Positions 1 through 11,300 of a stretch of 64,000 bases of DNA are shown here, piece after piece (the stretch's first letter is position 1; each line of letters opens with the position of its first letter). The notes below the pieces were generated by a model, which ran no database searches, was not told the origin of the DNA, and worked only from the letters and a program-made list of their open reading frames with translations. This stretch comes from a virus: IMG/VR virus record IMGVR_UViG_3300032299_001015, positions 20,402-84,401 of that record; one strand, written 5' to 3'. The translations under genes and the position numbers were made by a program.

Positions 1-663
1 TGCAAATCCTGCCTGCCAATTTTTTTGAATTGAATAATCCATAGCATCTTCATCACAAAGATGACCAATCTCAAAGCCTCTTAACTCCTGGCCTGTAAGA
101 TTATATGTCTGGAAATATGCACCCATTCTATGAGAATGTCCACGGACTAAAGAAACGCCCCAGTTATTCACATCATTACGAACAGATTCTCCTGCGTGCT
201 TAGAAATAGATTCCCCGTGATGGGCATAGATATCGCCAAACCTTTTTACGGGAGGATCTTGATAAAGATGCCACTCAAATCCTACCTTAGAATACTCATA
301 AAGAGAGTCTGGGGTCACAACATCTAGAAATGCTGGAGCCTTCTTTGCAAGATAATCGCCGTGGCGAGTCCAGCCATGATTCCCATCATGAAAATGGCAG
401 TCAGCCTTCGGGACGATAGCCCGTATGTCTTTAAGGAATTTCTTTGTTCCATCGACTCCTCCATCATTAATTGATACTGACATTTCTAGGGGCTTATCTC
501 CTGCCCAACGACTAGTAGAGTCAGCGTCGTCAATATCACCCAATAGATCTACTGCATCAGGCTTCCACCATTTCATCACCTTAAGAAATAGTTCGACCTT
601 CCTAGGGTCATGTCGTGGAAAATGTACATCTGAAACCATCATCCACTTAAGATCGTTTGTCAT
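1..663 (-). CDS. calcineurin-like metallophosphoesterase (3' end runs off the window; not in ORF track)
   Basis: Manual translation from ATG at 663: MTNDLKWMMVSDVHFP...LLGDIDD...DGNHG...HHGE...GHSH, the DxH/GD/GNH/H/GHxH motif set. Confidence 0.85.
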   Translation of the reverse strand, partial: MTNDLKWMMVSDVHFPRHDPRKVELFLKVMKWWKPDAVDLLGDIDDADSTSRWAGDKPLEMSVSINDGGVDGTKKFLKDIRAIVPKADCHFHDGNHGWTRHGDYLAKKAPAFLDVVTPDSLYEYSKVGFEWHLYQDPPVKRFGDIYAHHGESISKHAGESVRNDVNNWGVSLVRGHSHRMGAYFQTYNLTGQELRGFEIGHLCDEDAMDYSIQKNWQAGFA

Positions 664-1108
664 TATTAGCCTTTCGTCGGCATAAGCGTGAGCAATAATC
701 CCATAGATGTTCTGTAATCACAGGGACAGTATAAATCCTATCACACCAGCCACAGATTTTGTCAACCTTTATGGCCTTGCAATTGGAACTACATTTTACT
801 CTGGTCTTCATTATGGAAGGATATCCATAAAATTCAACGCCGCAATTCTTACAGTTCTTTTTAATCCATGAAGAATGTAGTTTATACATAGATACAGTCT
901 TCATGCCATGCGCTTTGTCATGCTCGCGGCGGTGGCACACAAAAAGATTTTTTAACCTATTATCCGTTTTTATTCCATTGATATGATGAACAGACTCATA
1001 ACTTTTTAATGGTCGCTCAAGATACTCTTCCATAATAATAATATGTTCATAGTACATATTATTAATTGATTTTGGATGTTTTGACGGTATTAAATTGTAG
1101 CCAGACAT
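647..1108 (-). CDS. HNH endonuclease (HNH_3-like) with C-terminal Cys-rich zinc fingers
   Basis: EH..VHHINGIKTDNRLKNL..H..H motif; CxxC repeats (CKNC, CSSNC, CGWC, CSRLC). Confidence 0.85.
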   Translation of the reverse strand: MSGYNLIPSKHPKSINNMYYEHIIIMEEYLERPLKSYESVHHINGIKTDNRLKNLFVCHRREHDKAHGMKTVSMYKLHSSWIKKNCKNCGVEFYGYPSIMKTRVKCSSNCKAIKVDKICGWCDRIYTVPVITEHLWDYCSRLCRRKANNDKRS

Positions 1109-1569
1109 TAACTACTTACTCTAGGTCCAGCCCCGATTGCAATATAGTGTAATTCTAGTGAAATATTTTGCTTTACTTGTTTAAGAATTTGCACTCTTGC
1201 TTCAAAGCCCGTAGTAGTAATATTAGTAATAGTAACGTTAGCCATTTGAGCCCCTCCGCCACTTTTACCAAATGCTCTATCTACAATGGAAGCAACCACT
1301 ACAATATTGTCTTTACTGAAGTTACCGCCTCTTTTAAATTTAACATCTAGGTTGACAGTAATATCTTTAGCCTTAATATCAAACTGGTGTACGTCAGATA
1401 CTACCTTGACAGTATCTTGTTCTGACATGCCAAGGCTAGGACCATATACCTCGACATTCTGACCGAAATCCTCTGGAACATCTTTGATTTTATTAACCTC
1501 AGATATAATCTGATTTAATAATTCATATGTCAGAGGCTGACCGTCAGAGATGCCATTAACTCTCGCCAT
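1108..1569 (-). CDS. putative virion protein with H-type-lectin-like C-terminus
   Basis: NITTTGF...LHYIAIG pattern; end of tail gene block. Confidence 0.5.
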   Translation of the reverse strand: MARVNGISDGQPLTYELLNQIISEVNKIKDVPEDFGQNVEVYGPSLGMSEQDTVKVVSDVHQFDIKAKDITVNLDVKFKRGGNFSKDNIVVVASIVDRAFGKSGGGAQMANVTITNITTTGFEARVQILKQVKQNISLELHYIAIGAGPRVSS

Positions 1570-1726
1570 CTAGTTTGGCCTCTAATTCAATAATCTTCTT
1601 GTCGCGTGCCTGAATTTGCTCAGTAGCCTGAGCCTTCATTACTGCTAGTTTTGTTTCATAGTCGCTAGTCATTTGACCAATGCGCTGCTGTAGTTCCTGG
1701 ACAATAAGTTCTAGTGTATTTGACAT
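1556..1726 (-). CDS. small coiled-coil protein (56 aa, not in ORF track)
   Basis: MSNTLELIVQELQQRIGQMTSDYETKLAVMKAQ...; start overlaps upstream stop (TAATG). Confidence 0.7.
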   Translation of the reverse strand: MSNTLELIVQELQQRIGQMTSDYETKLAVMKAQATEQIQARDKKIIELEAKLDGES

Positions 1727-1998
1727 TAAATTTCCTCTTCTATTTCTGGGTACTGAATGTTTAATTCATTCAACTTGTTCTCTAGTACTTGCTCTTTCAA
1801 TGAGTATTGTAGCATTTCATTAGAAAATGATTCAAGTAAAATTTCTGATGGGTTAGGCAACGAATTTTCTTGAAGAATGTTTAGTTCCAGACCATATCTA
1901 TTTAATTGAATATTTTTTAATTGTGATTTAATTACCTGCTTTTTTTCTTGTACCGATAATTCTAGATATTCTGACATTTTTCCTCCTTTCAATATCAC
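1726..1998 (-). CDS. hypothetical coiled-coil protein (probable start MSEY after AAGGAGG)
   Basis: ORF with strong Shine-Dalgarno; heptad-like L/Q/E pattern. Confidence 0.6.
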   Translation of the reverse strand: MILKGGKMSEYLELSVQEKKQVIKSQLKNIQLNRYGLELNILQENSLPNPSEILLESFSNEMLQYSLKEQVLENKLNELNIQYPEIEEEI

Positions 1999-2003
1999 TT
2001 ATA

Positions 2004-4115
2004 TTATACAGTAAATGTAGAAGATGTTGTCCATGCGCTGACTCCAACTGCATTTACAGATCTTACTCTAGCCTGGTGTGTACCTTCTGTAATGCCTGTG
2101 ATTGTTGTGGTAAAAGTAGAAGAAGAAAATGTTCCAACAGCAGTCCAACTAGCACCACCTATTTTCTGCCTTTCTACTTGATATCCTGTTATTGGACTTC
2201 CTCCCGTTGAAGAAGCCGCCCCCCAGTCTATTCTGAATGATGTTCTTGAAAGCCTTGTTCCGCTAACACTACTCGGTGCCCCTGGAATAGTTGGGGTAGT
2301 TTGTGAGGTGGTATTTGAATAAGAACTTGCACCAACTGCATTAAAAACCCTCATTCTGTATACATATACACTTCCTGCCGACAAACCAGAGTCTAAATAT
2401 GTGGTTGTGCCAACCGCAACATTTGTTAAAAATTGATAATTCGCAGAATTTACCGACCTCTCTATTTGTTGTGCTGTTATTGCGCTCCCACCATTAGAAC
2501 CTAAAGACCAAGATAGATTTATAGAATTTATTCCTACTAATCCAGAAGAAAGACTTGGCGCAGCGGGAACCGTTGGTATAAAAACTGATTGAGCAGTAGA
2601 GAATGGTCCCGTCCCTGCTTCATTAATTGCAGCAACCCTATGCCAATATGTAACTCCTGAGGTAAATCCAGAAAATGATATTGAATTTCCTGAAGTGTTT
2701 TGAATAAAACTGAACCCAGATGTTGAACTTGTTGTTGACCTTTCAATCCGGTATAGAGAAATTGTTCCTCCACCATCAGATGGAGTAGTCCATGATAAAT
2801 CTATTCCAGTTGTTCCGTTTAAAGTTGCAGTAAGAGATGGAGTTCCAGGAAGATTCGGCGTTGGGGTGGTAAAACTTACAGAATCTTCTGATGAACCGAA
2901 CTGGTTTCCAAGTGTGACCGTTGCGTTATAGGTTATGCCTCCAACTACAGACATGACAACTGAAGTTGCTCCAGAAGTTACTGTTCCAGTATCTACCGCA
3001 CCAAAATCTAACTGTACCCGATATGTTGTTTGATTTGTTGAGTTCCATGATATTGTTGCATTTCTAGTAGTAATACTGGTGGCAGTAACATTACTTATAG
3101 TTGGCTTATATCCAACAGTACCTAATGTAGACGGTGCTAAAACGTCGGTCCAATCTGAAAATGTTGAGGCAAGTAAAAGTCTGGCTCCAACCCTGCAAGT
3201 AACATAATATCCATTGTCGGATGCTGATAGGGTGTAGGTAGAAGATGTTGCACCTGAAATATCTGTCCAGGTAGAATTATTTAAACTTCTTACCCATTGA
3301 TACCTATAGTATAAAGTTCCTGTTCCTGACCATGTGCCATTTGTTACTGATCTAGATTCCCCAATAGCCCTTGATCCAGATATTTCTGGAAGAACAGTAT
3401 TTACTGGTGGGGGAGGTGGGTCGGTAGTAAAATCAGAACCTGTCTGTGCCGCAGTATTTCCAGTAGAAGACGCAATTATTATTTGCGGAGTGTAGGTAGT
3501 GCTTGGATCTAATCCAGTAAAAGTATATGTTCTTGCAGAAGTACTTGATATTGTCCCAGAATCTATCTGGCCTGTGCCATCGCCAGAAGGAAAATATAAA
3601 ATTATTCTATATGTTGTTTGATTTGTAGAATTCCATGAGAAAGAAGCCTGATTAAAAGTTTTAGAAGTAAGAGTAAAATTGCTAACAGTAGGAATAACAG
3701 GAATTATCGCTATTGTTGTATCCGAAGCCATAGTGTTTGTTTCTGAATACACTCTTAAAACAATAGAATATACCACTCCCGTAGACAGTCCAGTAATAGT
3801 ATATGTTTTTAAGTTTGTATACACAAGTCCTGTTTGCTGTTGGGTTCCTCCTTGCGGAGTATATAATATATTAATATATTCCTGATACTCTGAATCCCAA
3901 TTTATAGTTATGGAATTTGCTCCATAACTAATACTAGTTATAGATACTGTTGGAGTTAGGGTTCCAAATACTACCGTCCATCCAGTCATAGTGGATGCTG
4001 CTGGTTCATAAACCCATGCTACATTAACATTTCTCCAATTTGCACCATCAAAAACTGAAGGTTGATTTACTAGTCTCCAATTAGAGCCATCGAAAACACG
4101 CATTTCTTTAGCCAT
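2004..4115 (-). CDS. fibronectin type III / Ig-like repeat tail fibre or decoration protein
   Basis: Repeated FN3 signatures (LSWTTPSDGGGTISLYRIE, YWHRVAAINEAGTGPFS, GGSPITGYQVE). Confidence 0.85.
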   Translation of the reverse strand: MAKEMRVFDGSNWRLVNQPSVFDGANWRNVNVAWVYEPAASTMTGWTVVFGTLTPTVSITSISYGANSITINWDSEYQEYINILYTPQGGTQQQTGLVYTNLKTYTITGLSTGVVYSIVLRVYSETNTMASDTTIAIIPVIPTVSNFTLTSKTFNQASFSWNSTNQTTYRIILYFPSGDGTGQIDSGTISSTSARTYTFTGLDPSTTYTPQIIIASSTGNTAAQTGSDFTTDPPPPPVNTVLPEISGSRAIGESRSVTNGTWSGTGTLYYRYQWVRSLNNSTWTDISGATSSTYTLSASDNGYYVTCRVGARLLLASTFSDWTDVLAPSTLGTVGYKPTISNVTATSITTRNATISWNSTNQTTYRVQLDFGAVDTGTVTSGATSVVMSVVGGITYNATVTLGNQFGSSEDSVSFTTPTPNLPGTPSLTATLNGTTGIDLSWTTPSDGGGTISLYRIERSTTSSTSGFSFIQNTSGNSISFSGFTSGVTYWHRVAAINEAGTGPFSTAQSVFIPTVPAAPSLSSGLVGINSINLSWSLGSNGGSAITAQQIERSVNSANYQFLTNVAVGTTTYLDSGLSAGSVYVYRMRVFNAVGASSYSNTTSQTTPTIPGAPSSVSGTRLSRTSFRIDWGAASSTGGSPITGYQVERQKIGGASWTAVGTFSSSTFTTTITGITEGTHQARVRSVNAVGVSAWTTSSTFTV

Positions 4116-5371
4116 TATGTATACCTTAAATGTATATCGCCAGTCGTTCTGCCAGAACCAGGCGGGTCTCCTGTACCAAAAGTTATTTTATTTGCTGGGG
4201 TCGGGGTAGTTATTGCATTTTTGTAAGCATTTCCCGCAGCGATATTGGTAAGTTGAGATCCATCGCCATAAAAAACTGAAGCAACAACGCTAGCGGTTGT
4301 TATCTTTCCATATACTAATAAATTTTTACTGGAGACATTAGTTCCTACAGAAGCATCACCCCCAACAACAAGAGTCGTTGAAGTGGATATAGCGTTGGTC
4401 TCTGGATCAATATCTCCTATATAAAAAGTATTTATGCCGCTAGAAATAGATTCTAAACTAATAATTGATCCGCCGTCAGTACCTATAGACATTCCAGTAT
4501 ATGTTGTCGCCCCTTGGCTATACCTGACAGCATTAGAATATGCTGTTCTAGAGTTTGTGCTGTCATACCATTCTATGCGTCCCTGTGGAAGAATTTGAAT
4601 TCTATCTACTGCTGCTCCAGGTAGTGCTGTTCTAAAGACTAAACCAGTAAATGACCCACTTGTAATAGAGTTTCCACTTATGGATGTTACATAACTATTT
4701 ACCTCTGATCCTTCAATAAACCCAGAAATATCACTATCAGTGGCATATCCACCTATCGTTACCGTTCCAGTATTTGCATTAATATTAAATGTCTGACTGC
4801 CTGATGTATTATAAGCAGTAAGACCAGAGTTATTTAAAACTAATCCTCCAGTTGTAGAAGCAGTTTCAGATGTAAGAAGCCCACCATTTACTATGAGATT
4901 TCCAGATATTTCACCCTCTGTTGCCTCAATTCTGCCTCTAACCGCCACGTTTGTAAAAATGGCATTACCGCCAGAAGTAATAGTCCAACCCTGACTACCT
5001 AAATCTTTATTATCCCAATCTTCATATCTAACATCTACTTGATCAGTAAAGTCATAAACGACCGCCGTTAATTCATTATTATCATCTATGTATCCTATAG
5101 TTATATTTGTTGACGGAGTATCTTCTAAATCTATATCATCATATGACACTGAGACAACTGCATAATAATTTTGATTATCTAATAGTATAAGCATTCCAGG
5201 CTTGATATCTTCAGCATCTATAGTTTCTTCTATTACTGGGATGGTGCCGTTGAAATTTGATGAAGACAGGTACGGAGATATAAATTTAAAACCGCCATCG
5301 TCATCTATATAATATTGGGCAGAGTTAAGATTGGAGTTAGAAATTTCTGGATTAAAATTATTTGTTGTCAT
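4115..5371 (-). CDS. minor tail / tail fibre protein
   Basis: GWTITSGGNAIFTNVAVRGRIEA and FYGDGSQLT phage-fibre motifs; position. Confidence 0.7.
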   Translation of the reverse strand: MTTNNFNPEISNSNLNSAQYYIDDDGGFKFISPYLSSSNFNGTIPVIEETIDAEDIKPGMLILLDNQNYYAVVSVSYDDIDLEDTPSTNITIGYIDDNNELTAVVYDFTDQVDVRYEDWDNKDLGSQGWTITSGGNAIFTNVAVRGRIEATEGEISGNLIVNGGLLTSETASTTGGLVLNNSGLTAYNTSGSQTFNINANTGTVTIGGYATDSDISGFIEGSEVNSYVTSISGNSITSGSFTGLVFRTALPGAAVDRIQILPQGRIEWYDSTNSRTAYSNAVRYSQGATTYTGMSIGTDGGSIISLESISSGINTFYIGDIDPETNAISTSTTLVVGGDASVGTNVSSKNLLVYGKITTASVVASVFYGDGSQLTNIAAGNAYKNAITTPTPANKITFGTGDPPGSGRTTGDIHLRYT

Positions 5372-6259
5372 CTACTTATTCCCTCCTTCTTTTGCCTTGC
5401 CCCATATAGCCTCATCAGATGAGTTAGTCTGAACCCATTCTTTTTTCCATGTGTCACCATTGTATGTATATCTAGCAATGGCTACATAAAAAATAAAATT
5501 TTCTTTATCGTTAATAGTAAAGTTAGATGAGTAAGATTTCTGACCACGATATTTTATCACAGCATCTCTATTTGGGGGATTTTTGTCATTCACTTCATTA
5601 TCATCAACCATCAACTTTCTTTTAACCCCAGCGCTATTATTTCCTTTAAATCTTTTATAGGCAAATATAGGAATATCTTCCATCATCCCGCCTTTTTTTG
5701 GACCAGGAAGAACTTCAGTAACGAGTCCATCTAAAACTTCTTTTGGAATACTTACTGTATATTTTCTTGTTTTTACAGATCCAGTAATTTCTTCTAAAGA
5801 TCCTGATGCATTGCCAGAGGCTTGAGTTGGTTGAAAAGAATTACTTACCCTTAAAAATATATAGCGAGCATCTTGATTAGTATCTTTAATTACCTTAAAA
5901 TTTCTGTTATTTAATTGAGCAAGTTTGGGATCTGATGATACCAGATTTATTGTTTCTCCTGGTTGTAACTCATTGGCCTGCTTTGCATTGTTTAGTAAAA
6001 TTTTTAATTTATAGAAACTGCCGCCAATATTTGCACCTTTTGCATATTTAGAAAAACCATAGTTTCCTTTTGTTTTTTCTCTCTCTGGCCCTTTTTCATT
6101 TTTTAGAGTAATGTTTTCTATTCTACTTAATAGAGGCGCAGCATTTGGAGTATCAAAATCGAACTCCATGTTTTTTCCATATCCAAAAAATGACATTTCT
6201 ACTCTAAATGTAATTTTTTTATTAGGGTCAAGATTCTTGTCTATGCTTAGGCTGCTCAT
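5372..6259 (-). CDS. hypothetical protein (tail region)
   Basis: 295-aa ORF coupled to neighbours. Confidence 0.6.
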   Translation of the reverse strand: MSSLSIDKNLDPNKKITFRVEMSFFGYGKNMEFDFDTPNAAPLLSRIENITLKNEKGPEREKTKGNYGFSKYAKGANIGGSFYKLKILLNNAKQANELQPGETINLVSSDPKLAQLNNRNFKVIKDTNQDARYIFLRVSNSFQPTQASGNASGSLEEITGSVKTRKYTVSIPKEVLDGLVTEVLPGPKKGGMMEDIPIFAYKRFKGNNSAGVKRKLMVDDNEVNDKNPPNRDAVIKYRGQKSYSSNFTINDKENFIFYVAIARYTYNGDTWKKEWVQTNSSDEAIWGKAKEGGNK

Positions 6260-7212
6260 GCCACTCCATGATTAAAATCTATTGCTAAAGAATATTCTAT
6301 TGTAAGTGGTATGCCTGCTGGCTTTCTTATTGGAGATGGAAGGGTTGCCCTAGAAACCATTCCAGTAGTAGTATCAATAACATAGGAGCCGATATCTATT
6401 CTCAGTCCGTCCAAGTATATTGGACTGGCACTGTTCTGCCAAATTCTTGAAGAAGTAATAGTATTCCAAGAAGGATTGCCATTAATTACAGCCGCACCTT
6501 TCTGTATTTCAGACAGGTAATATCCTGAGGCACTAGGAATAGGAAATACTAAATCATAATAGTTTAATGAATCTGTATAAAATCTAAAGTTTACACTAGA
6601 ACTTTGAGTATTTATATCAAATCCAGCAAGCCTAAAAGTATCTTGAGAGGAATAGTTTCCTATTACTGACAAAGTATTATCTGTTGCCCCGTATGAAATA
6701 TAAGAATTTACCCCATCTGTAGTAGGTAGATAGAACAATGATGTTCCTATTCTAGCCTCCACTGCTTCTACTAAAAATGAGCCAGATGCAGTTCCAAATT
6801 TATTGAATAGATCTACTCTATCAAAATCAAATATCGTAGAACCTGCTAAACCAACATTAGCATTACGAACTTGTGAAGGGAATAGGCCCACTTCATAGAT
6901 TTGATATTGATACGGATCAGTTAGTGTGGCTGTATAGATTAAAACATCATTATTATTAGATATATCTAAGGATGAGCCTATTACTGCCGCCCTTCCTAAT
7001 TCAAACTGCAAGGACTTATCAGTTACTAATTTAGTGGTAGGATTTATTGAATTTGCTTTATCACCAATTCCATAGGCAATGCTGCCAGCAAAATTAGGAA
7101 TAATGCCAAGAAGAGATTTAATAGCGATTGTTCTGCCATTTTCGGTCAGGGCATTTTTTTGTTCGGCTATCAACTCATCATTACAATAGAATCTATATAT
7201 TCCAGTTATCAT
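6256..7212 (-). CDS. minor tail / baseplate protein
   Basis: N-terminal KNALTENGR...IAYGIG...EVGLF pattern typical of tail-collar/baseplate proteins. Confidence 0.6.
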   Translation of the reverse strand: MITGIYRFYCNDELIAEQKNALTENGRTIAIKSLLGIIPNFAGSIAYGIGDKANSINPTTKLVTDKSLQFELGRAAVIGSSLDISNNNDVLIYTATLTDPYQYQIYEVGLFPSQVRNANVGLAGSTIFDFDRVDLFNKFGTASGSFLVEAVEARIGTSLFYLPTTDGVNSYISYGATDNTLSVIGNYSSQDTFRLAGFDINTQSSSVNFRFYTDSLNYYDLVFPIPSASGYYLSEIQKGAAVINGNPSWNTITSSRIWQNSASPIYLDGLRIDIGSYVIDTTTGMVSRATLPSPIRKPAGIPLTIEYSLAIDFNHGVA

Positions 7213-8381
7213 GTATTATCGTTGTCGTCCTCTACTAAATAAAGCGTAAGATCATCTACTAGATCTCCAGTTAGTTCTATACTAAATCTAAAAAATGGTG
7301 TTCCTGATCCATTATACCGTAATTCAAATAGATCTAAGAACTCTAAGTAATTATAGTTGGGACTACTTTTATCACCTTTTGAAATAAGTTCATCTATTAA
7401 TGTTTTTACTGTTTCTGCCCGTTCTTCCGCCAACCCTGACTCGGACTCGGGGGGAGCATTATAATCTGGAAGTGGATAATACGGTCTACCATCTTCTCCT
7501 ATTATTTCATTTTCTGCAATATAATCAATTCCATAAAAATCTATTCCACCCTCAATAAATTCCTTAGCAAAATTAATAATTTGAAGATGTAATTTTTCTA
7601 CCTCTCTAGTAATTTTTTTATCAAGGTTGGGCATACCAAGATGTTCAGCCTTTTTTGATATGGCATAGTCGGCTCTATTGGCAGGCTTAGGTATATCTAT
7701 CTTCTTACCACCGCCTTTAACAGTAGGATCTCCTGGTGGACCCTCTGGCGCCTGTACTTCTTCAGTATCTGGGACTACATCTTCGTCATCATCTATATCG
7801 TCAACATCTGGAATTCCATCATTATCGTCATCGGGGTCTTTATTGTCTGGGATGCCATCCCCATCTGTATCCACAGGAGTAGTTGGAGTTGGGGTAGGCG
7901 TAACTTTTTTATTAACAAGTTTATTAAAAAGTTCATTTAGATGCTCTCTATCTTTTGACCCAAAACCTCCTTTTTCACTGGCTCTTTGCCTTGCTTCTTT
8001 TTTAAGGCGATCCTTGTTATCATTGGATAATTTGTCTGACTCATTGACCCTTTTAATAAATTTTTGAAGATCAGTTTCTGTTTCACCAGGCCCTTTATCG
8101 TCCTTTACAGGCTTCTTGTCCTCTTTTACTAATTTTTTATCTTCCTTGGTATCTGGTTTTGGAATACTAAAGCCACCATCTTTTTTGTCTTCTCTCCCCT
8201 TTTTATTTAAAGCGTCGTCTAACTGTTTATTGATCTTCTTTTTTTCTTCATCATTTAAAGCGCCTTTAGCATTTGCAAATTTTTTAGCACGATCTTTTAA
8301 CTCTTGCGCCTCCGACTGAGTTATGTATCCTTGAGATCTAGTAAAATTAATTTTATCCAATATTCTTTGTAGATCAGTCAT
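7209..8381 (-). CDS. hypothetical protein with thrombospondin type-3-like Ca-binding repeat
   Basis: DTDGDGIPDNKDPDDDNDGIPDVDDIDDD after a PT-rich linker. Confidence 0.65.
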   Translation of the reverse strand: MTDLQRILDKINFTRSQGYITQSEAQELKDRAKKFANAKGALNDEEKKKINKQLDDALNKKGREDKKDGGFSIPKPDTKEDKKLVKEDKKPVKDDKGPGETETDLQKFIKRVNESDKLSNDNKDRLKKEARQRASEKGGFGSKDREHLNELFNKLVNKKVTPTPTPTTPVDTDGDGIPDNKDPDDDNDGIPDVDDIDDDEDVVPDTEEVQAPEGPPGDPTVKGGGKKIDIPKPANRADYAISKKAEHLGMPNLDKKITREVEKLHLQIINFAKEFIEGGIDFYGIDYIAENEIIGEDGRPYYPLPDYNAPPESESGLAEERAETVKTLIDELISKGDKSSPNYNYLEFLDLFELRYNGSGTPFFRFSIELTGDLVDDLTLYLVEDDNDNT

Positions 8382-11300
8382 TATGACTCACCTACTTCAA
8401 TAAGATCAATGTTAGTGGAAGGACCAGCAGGACTTACACTATGAGATATAGATGAAATAACAAAAGTCTTAGGTCCAAACTTAGTGTTAGATTCATTATA
8501 CCCGCGAGATTTATCAAATATTCTAACCTTATCTCCTAGTTCAATAATGGGGTTTGCAAATGTCTCAATGCTTAGTTTTATTCTTGGTCTATTGCAGTGT
8601 TTTGAAATCCATCTCATAAGATCTCTTGCATGAGAAATTGACTGAATGTATTGACTATCTAGTGTGAAAGATTGTGCCCCGTAGATTGATATATTTTTTT
8701 CTCTTTCTGTCACACGCTTCTTATCATCCTGAGTCATGTCATAATAATCTTTCATATTGACGGCACCAGTATTTATTTCTTCGGCAGATATACCAACAAT
8801 ATAAATAGGAAGATCGCTGCTGTCCCCCAAAGTTATAGGCCCGCCAGAACTATTAACTAGTGTAAGTTTGGCTCCAAAAGATGTTGACTCATAATTTTTA
8901 ATAAAATACTTAGGATTAATTTTTGAAATATCTAAAAGTGCTGAAACATAGGCTGGAGCAGAGAATCTAACATTATATTCCTTCACTTCTCTAGCCAATC
9001 TAGCAAAATCGTTAAAGTAAAACTGTATTCCCTTGTCAGAGTCTTTAAATAGGAAGTTTTTGTTAACAGGGATAATTCCCTTTTCTAATTGATTGTTAAA
9101 GTATTTATAGTTTTTTAGCCAATCCTTTTCATTATTCTTTGAGATAACTCCACTATATGGACGAGCAGCAGCCATCACATACTCATAAATGGCTTGCGAA
9201 TCATTTCTTACAAATAGGAATATATCTCTAGAGTTTACTCCAACTGCTTTTCCAATTGGTTCAGTGTATGAACCTATCTTTTGTCCACCGTAAAATATTG
9301 AGTATTCCATTCCATTTTCATATTTATTTATTATGATATCTAATTCAAATACGGGATCGGTTGGAACATCATCATTTTTAATAACTTCTATAGAGGTATC
9401 AAATACAGTAAACCCTGCCACTCCTGCGCGTAATAATAGTTCTGGTTCATACTCAGTCTTTCCATTGTCCTGAGATTTTAAAGATATTTTATAAAATCTT
9501 AAATTATATTTCCAGGCATTCTTTTCAACAACATTCTTGCCCGATCCAGCAGACTCTACTTCTAGGAAATACCCTTCATTATCATTATTAAGTCCAAAGC
9601 CTATTCCAGCAATAGATGAATTAGTGGACATAATATCTTGCTGATTTTTAATTTGTCTTCTTGGAGAGTAAAGCCTCATTCTTGTTGAGATAGCATTAGG
9701 CTGGAAATCTAAAGTTATCCTTTGACCATATATATTTCTTTCCCCCTGCATAAAAACGTAATCATCAAAGGACTCCCCTGGAACATCTTTATCTACTTGT
9801 TTATTCAACTCTTGCAGCCTTCTAGCAACATTTTTGTTTCTGTTAGAATCCAGGATAGATAAAAGAATATCTGTATCTTCCTTAGGAGATGTTGGTCCAG
9901 ATAGATGGAGGAATCCTAAATAACTTTGCAATGATTCTGACGGAATAGTTCCTAGATTCTTTCTAGCAGACTTATATCTCACCTTGTCTAAGAAGTTAAA
10001 TTTTGTAGTTGCTTTTAGATTTCCAGGCATACTCCTAGACTCTGATAATGATCCACCAAGCATAAGTTTAAATCTGTTACTGTCTTCTATACCATCGGAA
10101 TCCTCTGCTAAAGCAAAGTGTGTACCAGGCTTACTCTTTAATGCTGCACGACCGTCACCAATAACTTTGTACTGATATTTATCATCGCTCTTACCAACGA
10201 TTTGAGTTTTAACGTCGATAACTAATCCTCTAAACGATAACGAATCGCCCTTTCTCATAGTAGATTTCAATTGATTAAAATCATCTTTTGTAAAAATAAT
10301 TTGATATCTAGATAAATTAGATGATGTACTAGCAATATAATATAGTTTTCCGCGATACCTTATATATTCATTATCAATAAGAACAATTCCTTCAAACGGG
10401 TCCAGAGTTAATCCTTCATTAGTATCAAGATAGATGATCAAAGATCTTCTATCTAAATCATCATTTGCTGAAGTATTATATAACTGTGTTATTAAATCAT
10501 TTTCATCTACTGCTACATATGTTCCTGGAAAGGCAGTTTTTAATCTTTGTAAAGGAATATCTCTAACTAAATTAGATGCACCTAAAGCAGACTCATTATT
10601 ATCCCCAGCACTCCATAAAATAGTAGAGGTATATCCATAGTTTGAAAATGCTAAAGAGGCCATAGGAACTTCATCTATGTTTAATTGTTCAAGAACTTTT
10701 GACTTCTCTTTTTGAAGACTATCTACTAATGCACTTTTTCTTGGACCATAAGTATGATAAGTAATCTCTCCATCTGTAAGAGGGCTTATTTTTTGCTCTG
10801 ACAAAGAAGCAATATTAGCCTTGTATCCATTGATGTAAGAATATTCTGGGTCCGCCACCGAATAATCTTCATCGCCTAAAAACCAAAAGTCTGTTCCAGG
10901 AGACTGTGCTGGAACTGGATGATCCTCAGAAACCCAAAACCCATAGTAATCACTATAGGTCCACTCTGTTTCAGATGGAAGAGCGTCAGTATTCCCTCCG
11001 TAGAAGAACCAATTATTGTTGTACCAAACATATTTATATCGGTCTGGGTTTAAAATAATTATTTGTGAAGAGTCTTCTATAGTAGCATTCTCTGTTAATT
11101 TTTCTTTTGTAAGTACATTTAATCTACCAACAGCATCGTAAAACATAGAACATTGTGTAGCCAAAGCAATTTGTTCTAGCACTTCTGCAACGGTTTGTTC
11201 TTTTTTACAGAAAAAGTTTTTTATTCTAGTATCCTCTTTATCATAACTTATTTCATCAGAAGATTTTTTAAATTCCATCCCAGTAATGCCAACATTATCT

